Below, piece by piece: positions 1-9,273 of a stretch of DNA of 64,000 bases. The translations under genes and the position numbers were made by a program. Origin of the DNA: Candidatus Dojkabacteria bacterium (lineage in GTDB: Bacteria > Patescibacteriota > Dojkabacteria > B142 > JAFGFJ01); assembly GCA_016931155.1 (NCBI GenBank), contig JAFGFJ010000002.1, forward strand, positions 385 to 64,384, in the 5' to 3' direction. Each line of letters opens with the position of its first letter. The stretch's first letter is position 1. The notes beneath the pieces are model-generated. The model had not been told where the DNA came from. It ran no database searches and saw only the letters and a list, made by a program, of their open reading frames with translations.

Positions 1-1224
1 ATAAATGAGGTATTCCCAGCGCCTGATGATTCTTTAAATGAAATAGAGTGGATTGAAATTTATAACTTTTCTGATAGTCAAATTGATCTAACTAATTGGA
101 CTTTAATGGATGAGTCAGAAATTGTACAAAGGTTAGAAAACATTAATGTAGAGGCAGGGGATTTTTTCATAATTGACCAGAATAATCTTAGTATTTCTTT
201 AAATAATGGTGGGGATATTATAACTTTAAAAAATCCAAATCAGGAAATCGTCAGTGAATTTGAATATATCCAAACTCCCATAGGTCTCTCAAATATTTTT
301 TATGAAGATATAATCCTTCAGACAAAAGCACCAACACCTAATAATGAAAATATTTACATAAGTCCAAGCGATTGCTTTTATGGTCTTGATGAGATTGATA
401 TTAGAAATTTTAAATCATTAAAGCCTGAATCAGATTATATAATCACAGGAATTGTTGCTGCGGGAATCGATCAAATATATCCACAGAGATTTTATATACA
501 AGATGAGAATAACGGTTTGTTAGTTAAACTTCCTGAAGAATTTCAGCCTGAAGAATTTGGATTGGAAGTTGGAGCAAAGTTGAAAATCTGCGGAAATTAT
601 GGTTCATATTATGGTGAGTCTCAAATCACGCTTACTTCTGAAAACTGTTTACAAAATGTAGGCCAAGGCGATGTCAATATTAAAAATTTAGATAATTTAT
701 CACAGGTTGGAATTTACACAGGACAATTAATCAAAGTAAAGGGGCAAATAATTAGTAATTCTGGAAAAACATTTACTATCTCTGATACAAAGGGAACCTT
801 GAAAATCAATTTACCTTCTTCAATTAATTCCATTGAGAAAACAAAAGGTGATATTGCAATCGTCACTGGTATACTTACACAATACGGGACAGATGCGGAG
901 GGAGCACCAAATTTGCGCCTTATCCCAAGGGGTTTGCAAGATATCAATATAATTCAGCAAATAATTAAAACAAGTTCAGACAGTACAAATACTATTACAA
1001 AAAGTTTATTAACAGAAAATTCCCTAATGACTCCGATTCCTTTAGATATAGATATTTCTCTAAATCATCCCCAAAAAACTAATTTTACTGGGAATCGAGA
1101 GTTAATTAAACAGGGGATTCGGACAAAGCAAAGAAGCAACAAAATGATACTAAGTATTCAAGCTGGAGGATTTTTAACCAGTATTTCAAGCATTATTAGC
1201 CTGCTTAAAAAGAAGGGAGTATAA
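1..1224 (+). CDS. Lamin-tail-domain (LTD) protein, 5'-partial, with downstream OB-fold-like domain; probably extracellular. Frame 1 is open from base 1.
   Basis: Frame 1 has no stop from nt 1 and is contiguous with the track ORF at 106. The N-terminus reads EWIEIYNFSDSQIDLTNW...SISLNNGGDIITLKNPNQEIVSEFEY, which resembles the LTD signature (EWVELyN...vdLsGW...L.n.GD.i.L.d..g..vD.v.Y). The OB-fold-like segment is around ITGIVAAG...YIQDENNGLLVKL. Confidence 0.55.
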   Translation: MNEVFPAPDDSLNEIEWIEIYNFSDSQIDLTNWTLMDESEIVQRLENINVEAGDFFIIDQNNLSISLNNGGDIITLKNPNQEIVSEFEYIQTPIGLSNIFYEDIILQTKAPTPNNENIYISPSDCFYGLDEIDIRNFKSLKPESDYIITGIVAAGIDQIYPQRFYIQDENNGLLVKLPEEFQPEEFGLEVGAKLKICGNYGSYYGESQITLTSENCLQNVGQGDVNIKNLDNLSQVGIYTGQLIKVKGQIISNSGKTFTISDTKGTLKINLPSSINSIEKTKGDIAIVTGILTQYGTDAEGAPNLRLIPRGLQDINIIQQIIKTSSDSTNTITKSLLTENSLMTPIPLDIDISLNHPQKTNFTGNRELIKQGIRTKQRSNKMILSIQAGGFLTSISSIISLLKKKGV

Positions 1225-2116
1225 TTTCAGGAATTTCTTCAACTTGCATACAATCACTAATTGAAATATTACCTGACTTTGTTCTTTCAAGTTCAAGAAG
1301 CATCGCAGGCAGTTTCAACTTTTCACCAAGATCCTCAGCAAATTGTCTGATATAAGTTCCTTTACTGCAGCCAATAACTAATTCGATTGAGACAAACTTG
1401 TCGAATTTATTCCCGGATTTTTTCAATTTATTTTGAATTTTTATGGAAAAATCCACAGGAAGATCATCCGCAATTATAGTCTTTATTTCAAGCAGTTCAA
1501 GCTTCTTAATTTCAATATGGCGTTTTGGTAATTTTAGGTTAAACTTCTCATCCCCTTCTAAATTATAAAATTTAACAATTCCATCTTTATCAACTTTATG
1601 AGAAGCATATTTCCGGGCTAAAACCCTAAATTTTTTCCCGTCAACTTTAACAGAACTGAAAACAGGAACACGTTGATCATACCCATTTCCAAATTCTTTT
1701 AAAGCCTTATTAACTAAGTCATTCATGACTGTCTCCTTCATGTTTTCCTTGAGAAAGTCTGCATTTTTGATTTCCAATATACTTCCCTCAATGTCCTGAG
1801 TAGTTGAAGATATTCCAAGTAAAATACGGCATCTATACTCTTTATCAGATTCTAAAAAGTCATTACTTAATTTTGTATATCCCCCTACCAGGATAATCAA
1901 TACTCCAGTAGCAAAAGGATCCAAAGCCCCAGCATGTCCCACTTTTCTAGTATGCAGCTTTTTCCTAACAATGTTAACAACATCATGCGAGGTCATCCAT
2001 TTTTCTTTATTAATAGCAAGCACCGCAGAAGTTCGATGGAATTCATCTTCTTCAATTTTGTTAATTTCTATTGAAATTTCTTTAAATTTGTTATTCATAA
2101 TTTTACTCCTGGGCAA
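1205..2116 (-). CDS. truB: tRNA pseudouridine(55) synthase TruB
   Basis: The motif KVGHAGALDPFATGVLIILVG matches the TruB catalytic-Asp signature (GTLDPxATGVL). Length is ~300 aa. Confidence 0.9.
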   Translation of the reverse strand: MPRSKIMNNKFKEISIEINKIEEDEFHRTSAVLAINKEKWMTSHDVVNIVRKKLHTRKVGHAGALDPFATGVLIILVGGYTKLSNDFLESDKEYRCRILLGISSTTQDIEGSILEIKNADFLKENMKETVMNDLVNKALKEFGNGYDQRVPVFSSVKVDGKKFRVLARKYASHKVDKDGIVKFYNLEGDEKFNLKLPKRHIEIKKLELLEIKTIIADDLPVDFSIKIQNKLKKSGNKFDKFVSIELVIGCSKGTYIRQFAEDLGEKLKLPAMLLELERTKSGNISISDCMQVEEIPEIILPSF

Positions 2117-2751
2117 ATATCTTTTAATTCGCAGTTATCACAAAGCCTTTTCCTTGCTTTACAAGTATCACGTCCATGTTCAATAACTCTTAAAGTAAAA
2201 CCTCTCCATTCTTTTTTAGGCACAATTTCCTTTAAGTCCTGTTCAATAACATCTGAAGAAGAAGCATTTGTCAGCTCCCATATTTTAGTAATTCTTTTAA
2301 CATGCGTATCAACCGGGATCCCTGAGCTTTTTTTAAACCACTCATTCAAAACTACATTTGCAGTTTTACGTCCAACTCCAGGAAGAGATATCAAGTCATC
2401 AAGACTATCCGGAACCTTCTTATTAAAACGGCTGCTAAGCTCTTTTCCTAAATTCTTCAAATTTTTAGCCTTATTTCTAAAAAAACCAGTCGAGTGAACT
2501 AAATCCTCTAAATCATTAAGATCAGCAGCTGCATAATCAGTAGCCGATCTATATTTCCTAAAAAGCTTTGGGGTAACAGTATTCACACGTTTATCAGTAC
2601 ATTGTGCAGCTAAAATAGTAGCAACAAGCAATTCAAGCGCACTATTATAATTAAGACCAGATTTAATTTTCGGATATTTCTTTTTTAGTCTTTTAATAAT
2701 TTCTTTTACAAATTTTGATTTTTGGGGAATATTATCTGGCGAATTAGCCAC
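2095..2751 (-). CDS. nth: Endonuclease III (HhH-GPD DNA glycosylase with 4Fe-4S cluster)
   Basis: HhH-GPD motif LISLPGVGRKTANVVL. C-terminal CxxxxxxCxxCxxxxxC (CKARKRLCDNCELKDIC) iron-sulfur loop. Overlaps the truB start by 22 nt. Confidence 0.9.
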   Translation of the reverse strand: MANSPDNIPQKSKFVKEIIKRLKKKYPKIKSGLNYNSALELLVATILAAQCTDKRVNTVTPKLFRKYRSATDYAAADLNDLEDLVHSTGFFRNKAKNLKNLGKELSSRFNKKVPDSLDDLISLPGVGRKTANVVLNEWFKKSSGIPVDTHVKRITKIWELTNASSSDVIEQDLKEIVPKKEWRGFTLRVIEHGRDTCKARKRLCDNCELKDICPGVKL

Positions 2752-2797
2752 AATATACGTATAATTAATTAATATTTATTTACAAATAAGAAACTGA

Positions 2798-4264
2798 ATG
2801 TTTTCTCTAAAAATACTTAAAAATCATGACTATATTATCACAATCTGTGTTATCCTGCTTACAATCCTCAGCCTGGTTCTGATTTATTCAACAACTTTAA
2901 ATGCTGTAACTCTAGAAGGCGGAGCCGGAACCTTTAAAAAGCAAATTCTCTTTTTTATCGCCGGCTATTTTATATATTTCATTTTATCAACTTTTGACAT
3001 CTCCTGGCTGCAAAATTTTAGAGTCCTGCTTCTATTATATATAATCACGATTTTCTTTTTAATTTATGTGAAATTTTTCACTCCTGAAGTTGCTAATACA
3101 AATAGATGGATTAATATCCTGGGATTTGGTTTCCAGCCTGCTGAATACGCAAAAATCACATTGACAATAATTACTGCAGTGATTTTTAGCTCAAGTAAAG
3201 AAGAATATGAAAAAATAATTGACATAGGTGTCAGGAAAAAGAAAAAAATTAGAAAAAAAGGCCTAAAAGTATCTATTTTACAGTTTATCTTTAAGCTGCA
3301 TTACAAAATTGACGAAAAATTTCCAAATTTCTATAAATATGCATTATCATTCATGCTATTGCTCCCAATATTTATCTTGGTTTTCATGCAGCCATCGTTT
3401 GGGAATAGTATAATTATTCTATTTATCTGGGCTGCAATAATATTTACAACAAGCAGTTCACAATTAGCAATAATAAATTTATTAATACCATTTTTCTTAA
3501 TACCTCTTTTTCAATGGAAAATTGTCTCATTCGGCGGAATTTTCAGTGGAATAGATACAGAAATAAATATCCTAGATATAAGTTTGATTGCTTTAATTAT
3601 AATCATAATAGCTGCTATTGCTTTAGCTTTAAAATCAAAAATAAAATGGTATTTAATTATATTTTCAATTTTATTAGCTTTTACAATTAAACCGACGATA
3701 ACTGCAATATGGGAAAGCAATCTGCTTAACGGATATCAGAAAGAGCGTATTGAAACATTTTTTAATGACCCTGAGGAAGATCCTTTAGATAGCGGTTATC
3801 AAGTCCGTCAATCAAAAATTGCTATTGGAGCAGGCAGACTTCTTGGGCGTGGATACTTGCAGGGGACTCAAAGTACTCTGAAGGTCCTCCCATACGCACA
3901 TACCGACTTCATTTTTGCTTCGCTTGCTGAACAATTTGGTCTTATAGGTTCGACAATTTTGATTCTTATATACCTTACTCTTTTAGTACGAATTCAATCT
4001 GCTGCTATGCAGACTAAAGATGAATTTGCATTTTTGCTATATACTGGTTTTTGCATGATTCTTCTGCTAAATATTTTTATTAATATAGGTATGAATCTTG
4101 GGAAACTTCCCGTTACTGGAGTTCCTCTACCATTAGTCAGTTATGGAGGGAGTTCTGTTATTGTGAACATGACTGCTCTTGGACTGATACAGGCAGCCAG
4201 AAAAAGAATCTCGCTTAAGGATATTTCTGAATCTTTTACACCAAATTCTCATCCCTGGCAGTAA
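2798..4264 (+). CDS. SEDS-family peptidoglycan polymerase (FtsW/RodA/SpoVE), extended by a Lys-rich insertion
   Basis: Multi-TM protein with the C-terminal SEDS signature GVPLPLVSYGGSSVIVNMTALGLI. The central Lys-rich insertion is VRKKKKIRKKGLK. Confidence 0.85.
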   Translation: MFSLKILKNHDYIITICVILLTILSLVLIYSTTLNAVTLEGGAGTFKKQILFFIAGYFIYFILSTFDISWLQNFRVLLLLYIITIFFLIYVKFFTPEVANTNRWINILGFGFQPAEYAKITLTIITAVIFSSSKEEYEKIIDIGVRKKKKIRKKGLKVSILQFIFKLHYKIDEKFPNFYKYALSFMLLLPIFILVFMQPSFGNSIIILFIWAAIIFTTSSSQLAIINLLIPFFLIPLFQWKIVSFGGIFSGIDTEINILDISLIALIIIIIAAIALALKSKIKWYLIIFSILLAFTIKPTITAIWESNLLNGYQKERIETFFNDPEEDPLDSGYQVRQSKIAIGAGRLLGRGYLQGTQSTLKVLPYAHTDFIFASLAEQFGLIGSTILILIYLTLLVRIQSAAMQTKDEFAFLLYTGFCMILLLNIFINIGMNLGKLPVTGVPLPLVSYGGSSVIVNMTALGLIQAARKRISLKDISESFTPNSHPWQ

Positions 4265-4306
4265 GCGGAGTTCAGCAGAGGAACACAAATTGTGATATAA
4301 TCTACA

Positions 4307-4335
4307 TTGACATTTACCTAGTTGAATGTTACTAT
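4307..4335 (+). promoter_or_regulatory. sigma70-like promoter for the rplU-rpmA-pth operon: TTGACA, 17-bp spacer, TACTAT
   Basis: TTGACA at 4307-4312 and TACTAT at 4330-4335 with a 17-nt spacer, ~30 nt upstream of the rplU ATG at 4365. Confidence 0.4.
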
Positions 4336-4364
4336 TTCAGACATTTATTAGTGAATTTATTTAT

Positions 4365-4679
4365 ATGAAAAAAGATTTTGCTATAGTTAAAATTGGATCG
4401 ACTCAAGAGATTGTCTGTAAAGACGATGAAATTGTAGTAAATATTATAAAAGGTAAAGAAAAAGATAAGATTGAGTTTGATCAAGTTCTATTAAGCAGTA
4501 TAGCTGGTAAAATTGTAGTTGGTACACCATATATAAAAGAGGCAAAAATCAAGGCTGAAATTCTCGGTCATGAATTAGCTGAGAAGGTGCAAAAACGTAC
4601 ATATAAGGCAAAAGCAAGAATTAGAAGGAACGTAGGTCATCGACAACCTAAAACCAGAATAAAAATTTTAAGCATATAA
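4365..4679 (+). CDS. rplU: 50S ribosomal protein L21. Internal start MKKDFAIV; the track ORF starts at 4326.
   Basis: L21-like N-terminus and conserved C-terminus KAKARIRRNVGHRQPKTRIKI. About 104 aa. Immediately followed by rpmA. Confidence 0.88.
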   Translation: MKKDFAIVKIGSTQEIVCKDDEIVVNIIKGKEKDKIEFDQVLLSSIAGKIVVGTPYIKEAKIKAEILGHELAEKVQKRTYKAKARIRRNVGHRQPKTRIKILSI

Positions 4680-4711
4680 AAAGGATACTGATAGATTTTA
4701 TATAGACAAAT

Positions 4712-5002
4712 ATGGCACATACAAAACAACAAGGGGCAGCAAGCAGAACAGTAAATGTTGAAGGTAAACGTCTCGGGGTAAAAAGGTTTGGAGGTCAATT
4801 TGTTCATAATGGAACTATTATTGTCCGACAAAAAGGAACAAAATTCCATCCAGGAAAAAATACCGATATAGGGCGGGATTTCACAATTTTTGCGACACAA
4901 GACGGTTATGTTTCTTTTAGAAATATGACAGGCTACAAAAGAGACAAGAAATATGTTGATGTCCTAGCAGAAGCTGCTAAGGCCAAATCAAAAAAGAAAT
5001 AA
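4712..5002 (+). CDS. rpmA: 50S ribosomal protein L27
   Basis: [31 protein letters not shown] is the canonical L27 N-terminus. Confidence 0.95.
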   Translation: MAHTKQQGAASRTVNVEGKRLGVKRFGGQFVHNGTIIVRQKGTKFHPGKNTDIGRDFTIFATQDGYVSFRNMTGYKRDKKYVDVLAEAAKAKSKKK

Positions 5003-5003
5003 T

Positions 5004-5549
5004 ATGCAGACAAATTTCAAAATTATCTTCGGTCTTGGCAATCCAGGTACAAATTATTCCAATACTAGGCACAATGCAGGTTTCTTTTTTATTGATAAGC
5101 TGAAAGACTATCTAGCGGACAGCTATTCTGTTACAGAAGAGAATAAAAAGGAATACAGCGCAGTTACGATCCCAAATCTTGATTTAGTTTTAGTAAAGCC
5201 TCTACTATTCATGAATAATTCAGGGATTGTTATCAGAGATTTTCTGAAATATCATAATTACAACCCGAAAAAAGTTTTAATTGCTTTTGACGATTTAGAT
5301 ATAGAACTTGGGGAATATAAAATACAGCAAGATAAGTATCCCAAAGATCACAACGGAATAAATTCAATTTTAGAACAAACAGGGGAGTCTGGCCGTGAAT
5401 TCTTCTTTCTCCGTATCGGAATAAATAACAGAGGCGATGAGCAAGAAAAAAAAATCTCAGGAATTGATTATGTACTGCAGAAATTTTCGAAGCAGGAAAG
5501 ACAGAAGCTCGAAGAGGGATTTGAGGGAATTCTTCAAAACTATTTCTAA
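5004..5549 (+). CDS. pth: Peptidyl-tRNA hydrolase
   Basis: IIFGLGNPGTNYSNTRHNAGFFFID matches the Pth signature (GLGNPGxxYxxTRHNxGF). One nt after the rpmA stop. Confidence 0.9.
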   Translation: MQTNFKIIFGLGNPGTNYSNTRHNAGFFFIDKLKDYLADSYSVTEENKKEYSAVTIPNLDLVLVKPLLFMNNSGIVIRDFLKYHNYNPKKVLIAFDDLDIELGEYKIQQDKYPKDHNGINSILEQTGESGREFFFLRIGINNRGDEQEKKISGIDYVLQKFSKQERQKLEEGFEGILQNYF

Positions 5550-5637
5550 TAAAAAGTCTATATGTTTCAGCTTGACATGATTTCAATTTAATGTTGAAAT
5601 GACCATGAAATACTGTTTAATATTCACGTAAGAGTTC

Positions 5638-8600
5638 ATGAAAAAGAAAATCTGTCTATTCCTAATAGCGACTGCAATCATATCTATCCCATTACTAGCC
5701 CACAAGCTTTGGTTGGATTCAAATGCTATAACTCAAAAGAAATGGGCCACTGATGGCACCTTAATACAAAGCCTGGCAAGTGCAATAGAAGAACTCAAAG
5801 CAATTAACGATGGGTCAAATAACGCAATAATTGCATGGTCAGATGATTCCAGTGGAGACCTAGATATTTATATACAAAAAGTCGATGAAGATGCAAATAA
5901 GCTATGGGGTGCAAATGGTACTCACTTAGCATCATCTTCAAATGACGAGCATATATTGGAAATGTTAGGTGACGATTCTGGTGGAGCTTATGTTCTTTGG
6001 TATGAGCATATTGGAGCTGATCGCGATATTTATATACAAAGAGTTGATTCAAATGGGAATGAGCTTTGGGCTTCGGGTGGTATTGAAGTCTACTCAGATG
6101 CGACATATCAAGGTGCTGGAAAAATGATATTAACCGAAGATAATAATGTAATTGTCGCTTGGGTTGATTATAGAAATTCTGGAACTACAGGGTATGATAT
6201 ATATGCTCAAAAATTTAATACTTCTGGAACCATGCAATGGGGTGCCGGCTCACAAGTCGTATGTAACGCTTCAGATTCCCAGTTAGATCTTAGAATTACT
6301 AATGACGGTCAAAATGGAGCTGTCATTTCCTGGACAGACCAAAGAAATGGAAATAATGATATTTATATTCAGAGATTAAACAGTTCCGGAGCAGCTCAGT
6401 GGGTAGCAAATGGGTTACAATATACTAGCACTTCTGATTCCCAGGCTAATTCTTCATTAGTATATGCTGGTTCAAATAGTGTTATTTTAGCTTGGAGTGA
6501 TGGTGACGTAGGCACAGATAGACAAGTTAAGGTAGCAAAAATAGATTCAAGTGGTGCAGAAGTATGGCAGACAGATGCGACTTCTACATCTACAAGGGAT
6601 GAAGCACCAACTTATGCAATATCTGACACGCAGAATGGAGTATATGTTTGTTTCACTTCCGAAATTGATATGGGAGCATATTACCTATCAGACCTTTTCT
6701 GCCAGAGAATAACATCTTCCGGCTCCCTGGCATGGAATGCCGCCGGAGTATTAATGAATACCCTTCCTTCAGGAGAGGAGACTTCTGCCTACGATCCGGT
6801 CTTTGGAGTTAGTGACAATGGTGTATTTTACAGCTCATGGGGTGATTACCGGAATGATATCGGGATATGGGTAAATACCGACATTATCGCTCAATCAATC
6901 AGCTTAACCGGGACTAAATTCTGGGGAGATAACGAAATAACTGTTATTGACGCTGAACTAGACCAAGTATCCAGTGCCATTGTACCCATAGACGACAGCA
7001 CTGCTCTGATATTTTGGAATGATTGTCCTACCGGCAGCATTTATGGGCAAAAAATTACAAATGAGTATCAAATTGAAAACTTGACGGCAGGATTAGATGC
7101 GGAAAATACAGGCGATAATAATATTGAAATTGGTTCTTCCTATGGTTTATACGGATCCAATACAGTAAATATTAAAGATGCAGGGACAACATTAAGAATT
7201 GGACAAACCACGGCTAATTTTACTAACGATTTGGACTGGAATATCGTTAATGGAGACACCTCGATTTCTGATAAAAAGTCTTTTATTAGCGGACTGACAG
7301 GATCAGAAGGTGTAACTGGTACTTACACTTTATATGTACCTAAGGGAGATTCTGATAATGCTGTAGTTATATGTCCAGGGGCAGATTCAATGGCTGACGT
7401 AACTACCTCCTGTGCAAATGCTACTACCAAAGAACAGGGTGATTCGGGCGTTTCCATCCAAACTATTTCAGGGACAACATACTGGGTATTAACCGGGCTC
7501 ACTGGGGATAATGGTGCAATAAGTATTATAACAGGTTCTGATTCGGAAATAGTTGATGCAACATCAGGTAATTATATAATCGATTTTGTAAATTTTATAG
7601 AAGATATCGATGAGGCTATTGAAGAGATTACCGAAGATATCGAAGAGGAGGTTGATCTACCAGAATCTGATACTTCCGTATCTCTTGAAGAGGGAGATCA
7701 AGATTCTGATCATGACGGTCTTTCAGATGAGAGAGAAGCGGAACTCGAAACAGATCCCGAAGATCCCGATACAGATGGTGATGGTCTTTTAGATGGCGAA
7801 GAAATTTTTGGCTGCTTTTTTGAGAATGGGACGACTATATGTGAGAAATATGCCGAATTTGATCCTACAGACCCTTTAAAATATGATACTGATAATGATG
7901 GGAAGAATGACTACGATGAAGCAAGACGAGAAGCAGATAGGAATGTTCTCTTTGGAAAAATTGGAAGCACAGCGCCTGCTTTATCACTTTTTGTTTTACT
8001 GATCCCTTTAGTTCTTTCCAATTTGGCAGCCCTTATGCAGGCATTTAGAGCTGGGATTTTAAGGGCTCTGCCTTATGTATTATGGAAAAAGGATATTCAT
8101 CCTTGGGGCGTTATTTTCAATGCACGCACTAAGGCTCCTATCTCTTTTGCTGTTATAAAAGTAATGCAGGGGAGTACACTTATTGACACTCTGGTTTGCA
8201 ATATTGATGGTCAATATGGAATCGCTCTTTCTGCTGGGGAATATTCTATCCAGATTGATCATTCACAATTTAATAAAATAGAGCATAAAATTTCTATTAA
8301 ACAAAATAAAACTGGCGTAGGTCTTGATATTGGGCTTAAGGAAAAGGAACACCCCGATATGCTTGCAAGGATTGCAGGATTTTTCAACAAATCAAATATT
8401 AAAGAATCTCTTAGACATTTAAATAATGCAATTTTTGTACTTGGTTTTATTCTCGCTGTGATTATCTGCGGTCTTTATCCGATTGTAATTAACTTTATTG
8501 TGGTTGGTATCTACATTATTGTAACTGTATACTATTTTTATAGGAATTATAAAAAGAACAAGTACTTTGGAGTAACAATTGACAATCAAAATTATACTAT

Positions 8601-8862
8601 TCCGAATACCTTTGTAAGGCTTATTGATAATCAGAATAATACTAGAGCTGTTCAAATAACGAATAAAAAGGGACTATTCAGTTATGTTACTTATTTGAAT
8701 AAATTCTCAAAAGTATATGCATATAAAGGAGCGGATGCTTCCAGTCCTTTTAATTCTCCAATCGAAAAAGATGCTGAGGATAATGAATATTTACAGAATT
8801 CTACGAGATTTACAACTCGCGAAATACAGGATGGGGAATTGATTATCCGGCTTGAGAAATAG
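5638..8862 (+). CDS. Large membrane-anchored surface protein. N-terminal signal peptide, about five tandem ~58-aa propeller-like repeats, an acidic TSP3-like Ca-binding region, and C-terminal TM helices.
   Basis: Signal peptide MKKKICLFLIATAIISIPLLA. Repeats such as AIIAWSDD..DIYIQKVDEDANKLWG, VLWYEH..DIYIQRVDSNGNELWAS, VAWVDY..DIYAQKFNTSGTMQWGAG, ISWTDQ..DIYIQRLNSSGAAQWVANG. Acidic D-x-D-x-DG motifs (DSDHDGLSDE, DPDTDGDGLLDGEE, DTDNDGKNDYDE). Hydrophobic helices near the C-terminus. Confidence 0.6.
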   Translation: MKKKICLFLIATAIISIPLLAHKLWLDSNAITQKKWATDGTLIQSLASAIEELKAINDGSNNAIIAWSDDSSGDLDIYIQKVDEDANKLWGANGTHLASSSNDEHILEMLGDDSGGAYVLWYEHIGADRDIYIQRVDSNGNELWASGGIEVYSDATYQGAGKMILTEDNNVIVAWVDYRNSGTTGYDIYAQKFNTSGTMQWGAGSQVVCNASDSQLDLRITNDGQNGAVISWTDQRNGNNDIYIQRLNSSGAAQWVANGLQYTSTSDSQANSSLVYAGSNSVILAWSDGDVGTDRQVKVAKIDSSGAEVWQTDATSTSTRDEAPTYAISDTQNGVYVCFTSEIDMGAYYLSDLFCQRITSSGSLAWNAAGVLMNTLPSGEETSAYDPVFGVSDNGVFYSSWGDYRNDIGIWVNTDIIAQSISLTGTKFWGDNEITVIDAELDQVSSAIVPIDDSTALIFWNDCPTGSIYGQKITNEYQIENLTAGLDAENTGDNNIEIGSSYGLYGSNTVNIKDAGTTLRIGQTTANFTNDLDWNIVNGDTSISDKKSFISGLTGSEGVTGTYTLYVPKGDSDNAVVICPGADSMADVTTSCANATTKEQGDSGVSIQTISGTTYWVLTGLTGDNGAISIITGSDSEIVDATSGNYIIDFVNFIEDIDEAIEEITEDIEEEVDLPESDTSVSLEEGDQDSDHDGLSDEREAELETDPEDPDTDGDGLLDGEEIFGCFFENGTTICEKYAEFDPTDPLKYDTDNDGKNDYDEARREADRNVLFGKIGSTAPALSLFVLLIPLVLSNLAALMQAFRAGILRALPYVLWKKDIHPWGVIFNARTKAPISFAVIKVMQGSTLIDTLVCNIDGQYGIALSAGEYSIQIDHSQFNKIEHKISIKQNKTGVGLDIGLKEKEHPDMLARIAGFFNKSNIKESLRHLNNAIFVLGFILAVIICGLYPIVINFIVVGIYIIVTVYYFYRNYKKNKYFGVTIDNQNYTIPNTFVRLIDNQNNTRAVQITNKKGLFSYVTYLNKFSKVYAYKGADASSPFNSPIEKDAEDNEYLQNSTRFTTREIQDGELIIRLEK

Positions 8863-8980
8863 TCTGTTTATATTGTATAATTACTACATGGAAATGATAA
8901 TAGGAATTTTAAATAATAACAATAATAATAACTCGCAATAGCGGGGTATTTGTTATTTTTTGAATTCTAAATATAACAAA

Positions 8981-9006
8981 CCCCGAGATATCGGGGATTT
9001 TTTTGC
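8981..9006 (+). terminator. Rho-independent terminator after the surface-protein gene
   Basis: CCCCGAGATATCGGGG hairpin followed by a T7 run. Confidence 0.6.
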
Positions 9007-9042
9007 TCTTTAAAATTATTAGTAGCATTTGTTTAGTGAGTT

Positions 9043-9075
9043 GGTCGATAGCGCAATTGGTAGAGTCCCGATTGA
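9043..9075 (+). other. Truncated tRNA-like 5' fragment (acceptor plus D-arm only) directly abutting tRNA-Asn
   Basis: GGTCGAT-A-GCGC-AATTGGTAGA looks like positions 1-25 of a tRNA, but no matching D-stem, anticodon or T arm follows. Confidence 0.3.
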
Positions 9076-9148
9076 TGGATGGTAGCACAACTGGTAGTGC
9101 AGACCGCTGTTAACGGTCAGGTTGTAAGTTCGAATCTTACCCATCCAG
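9076..9148 (+). tRNA. tRNA-Asn (anticodon GTT), CCA not encoded
   Basis: Hand fold: acceptor TGGATGG/CCATCCA; D-arm GCAC-AACTGGTA-GTGC; anticodon stem GACCG/CGGTC with loop CTGTTAA; T-arm GTAAG-TTCGAAT-CTTAC; discriminator G. Confidence 0.8.
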
Positions 9149-9273
9149 CTTTGATTTGCTTATTCCGCAATGCATATTGACGACCGTTGTCTTTTCTTCA
9201 TACAAATTTTCTGACTTTAACGATTTTTGATCTACAGATCCGATTTTTACACCAACTTCTAAAATTATGATTA

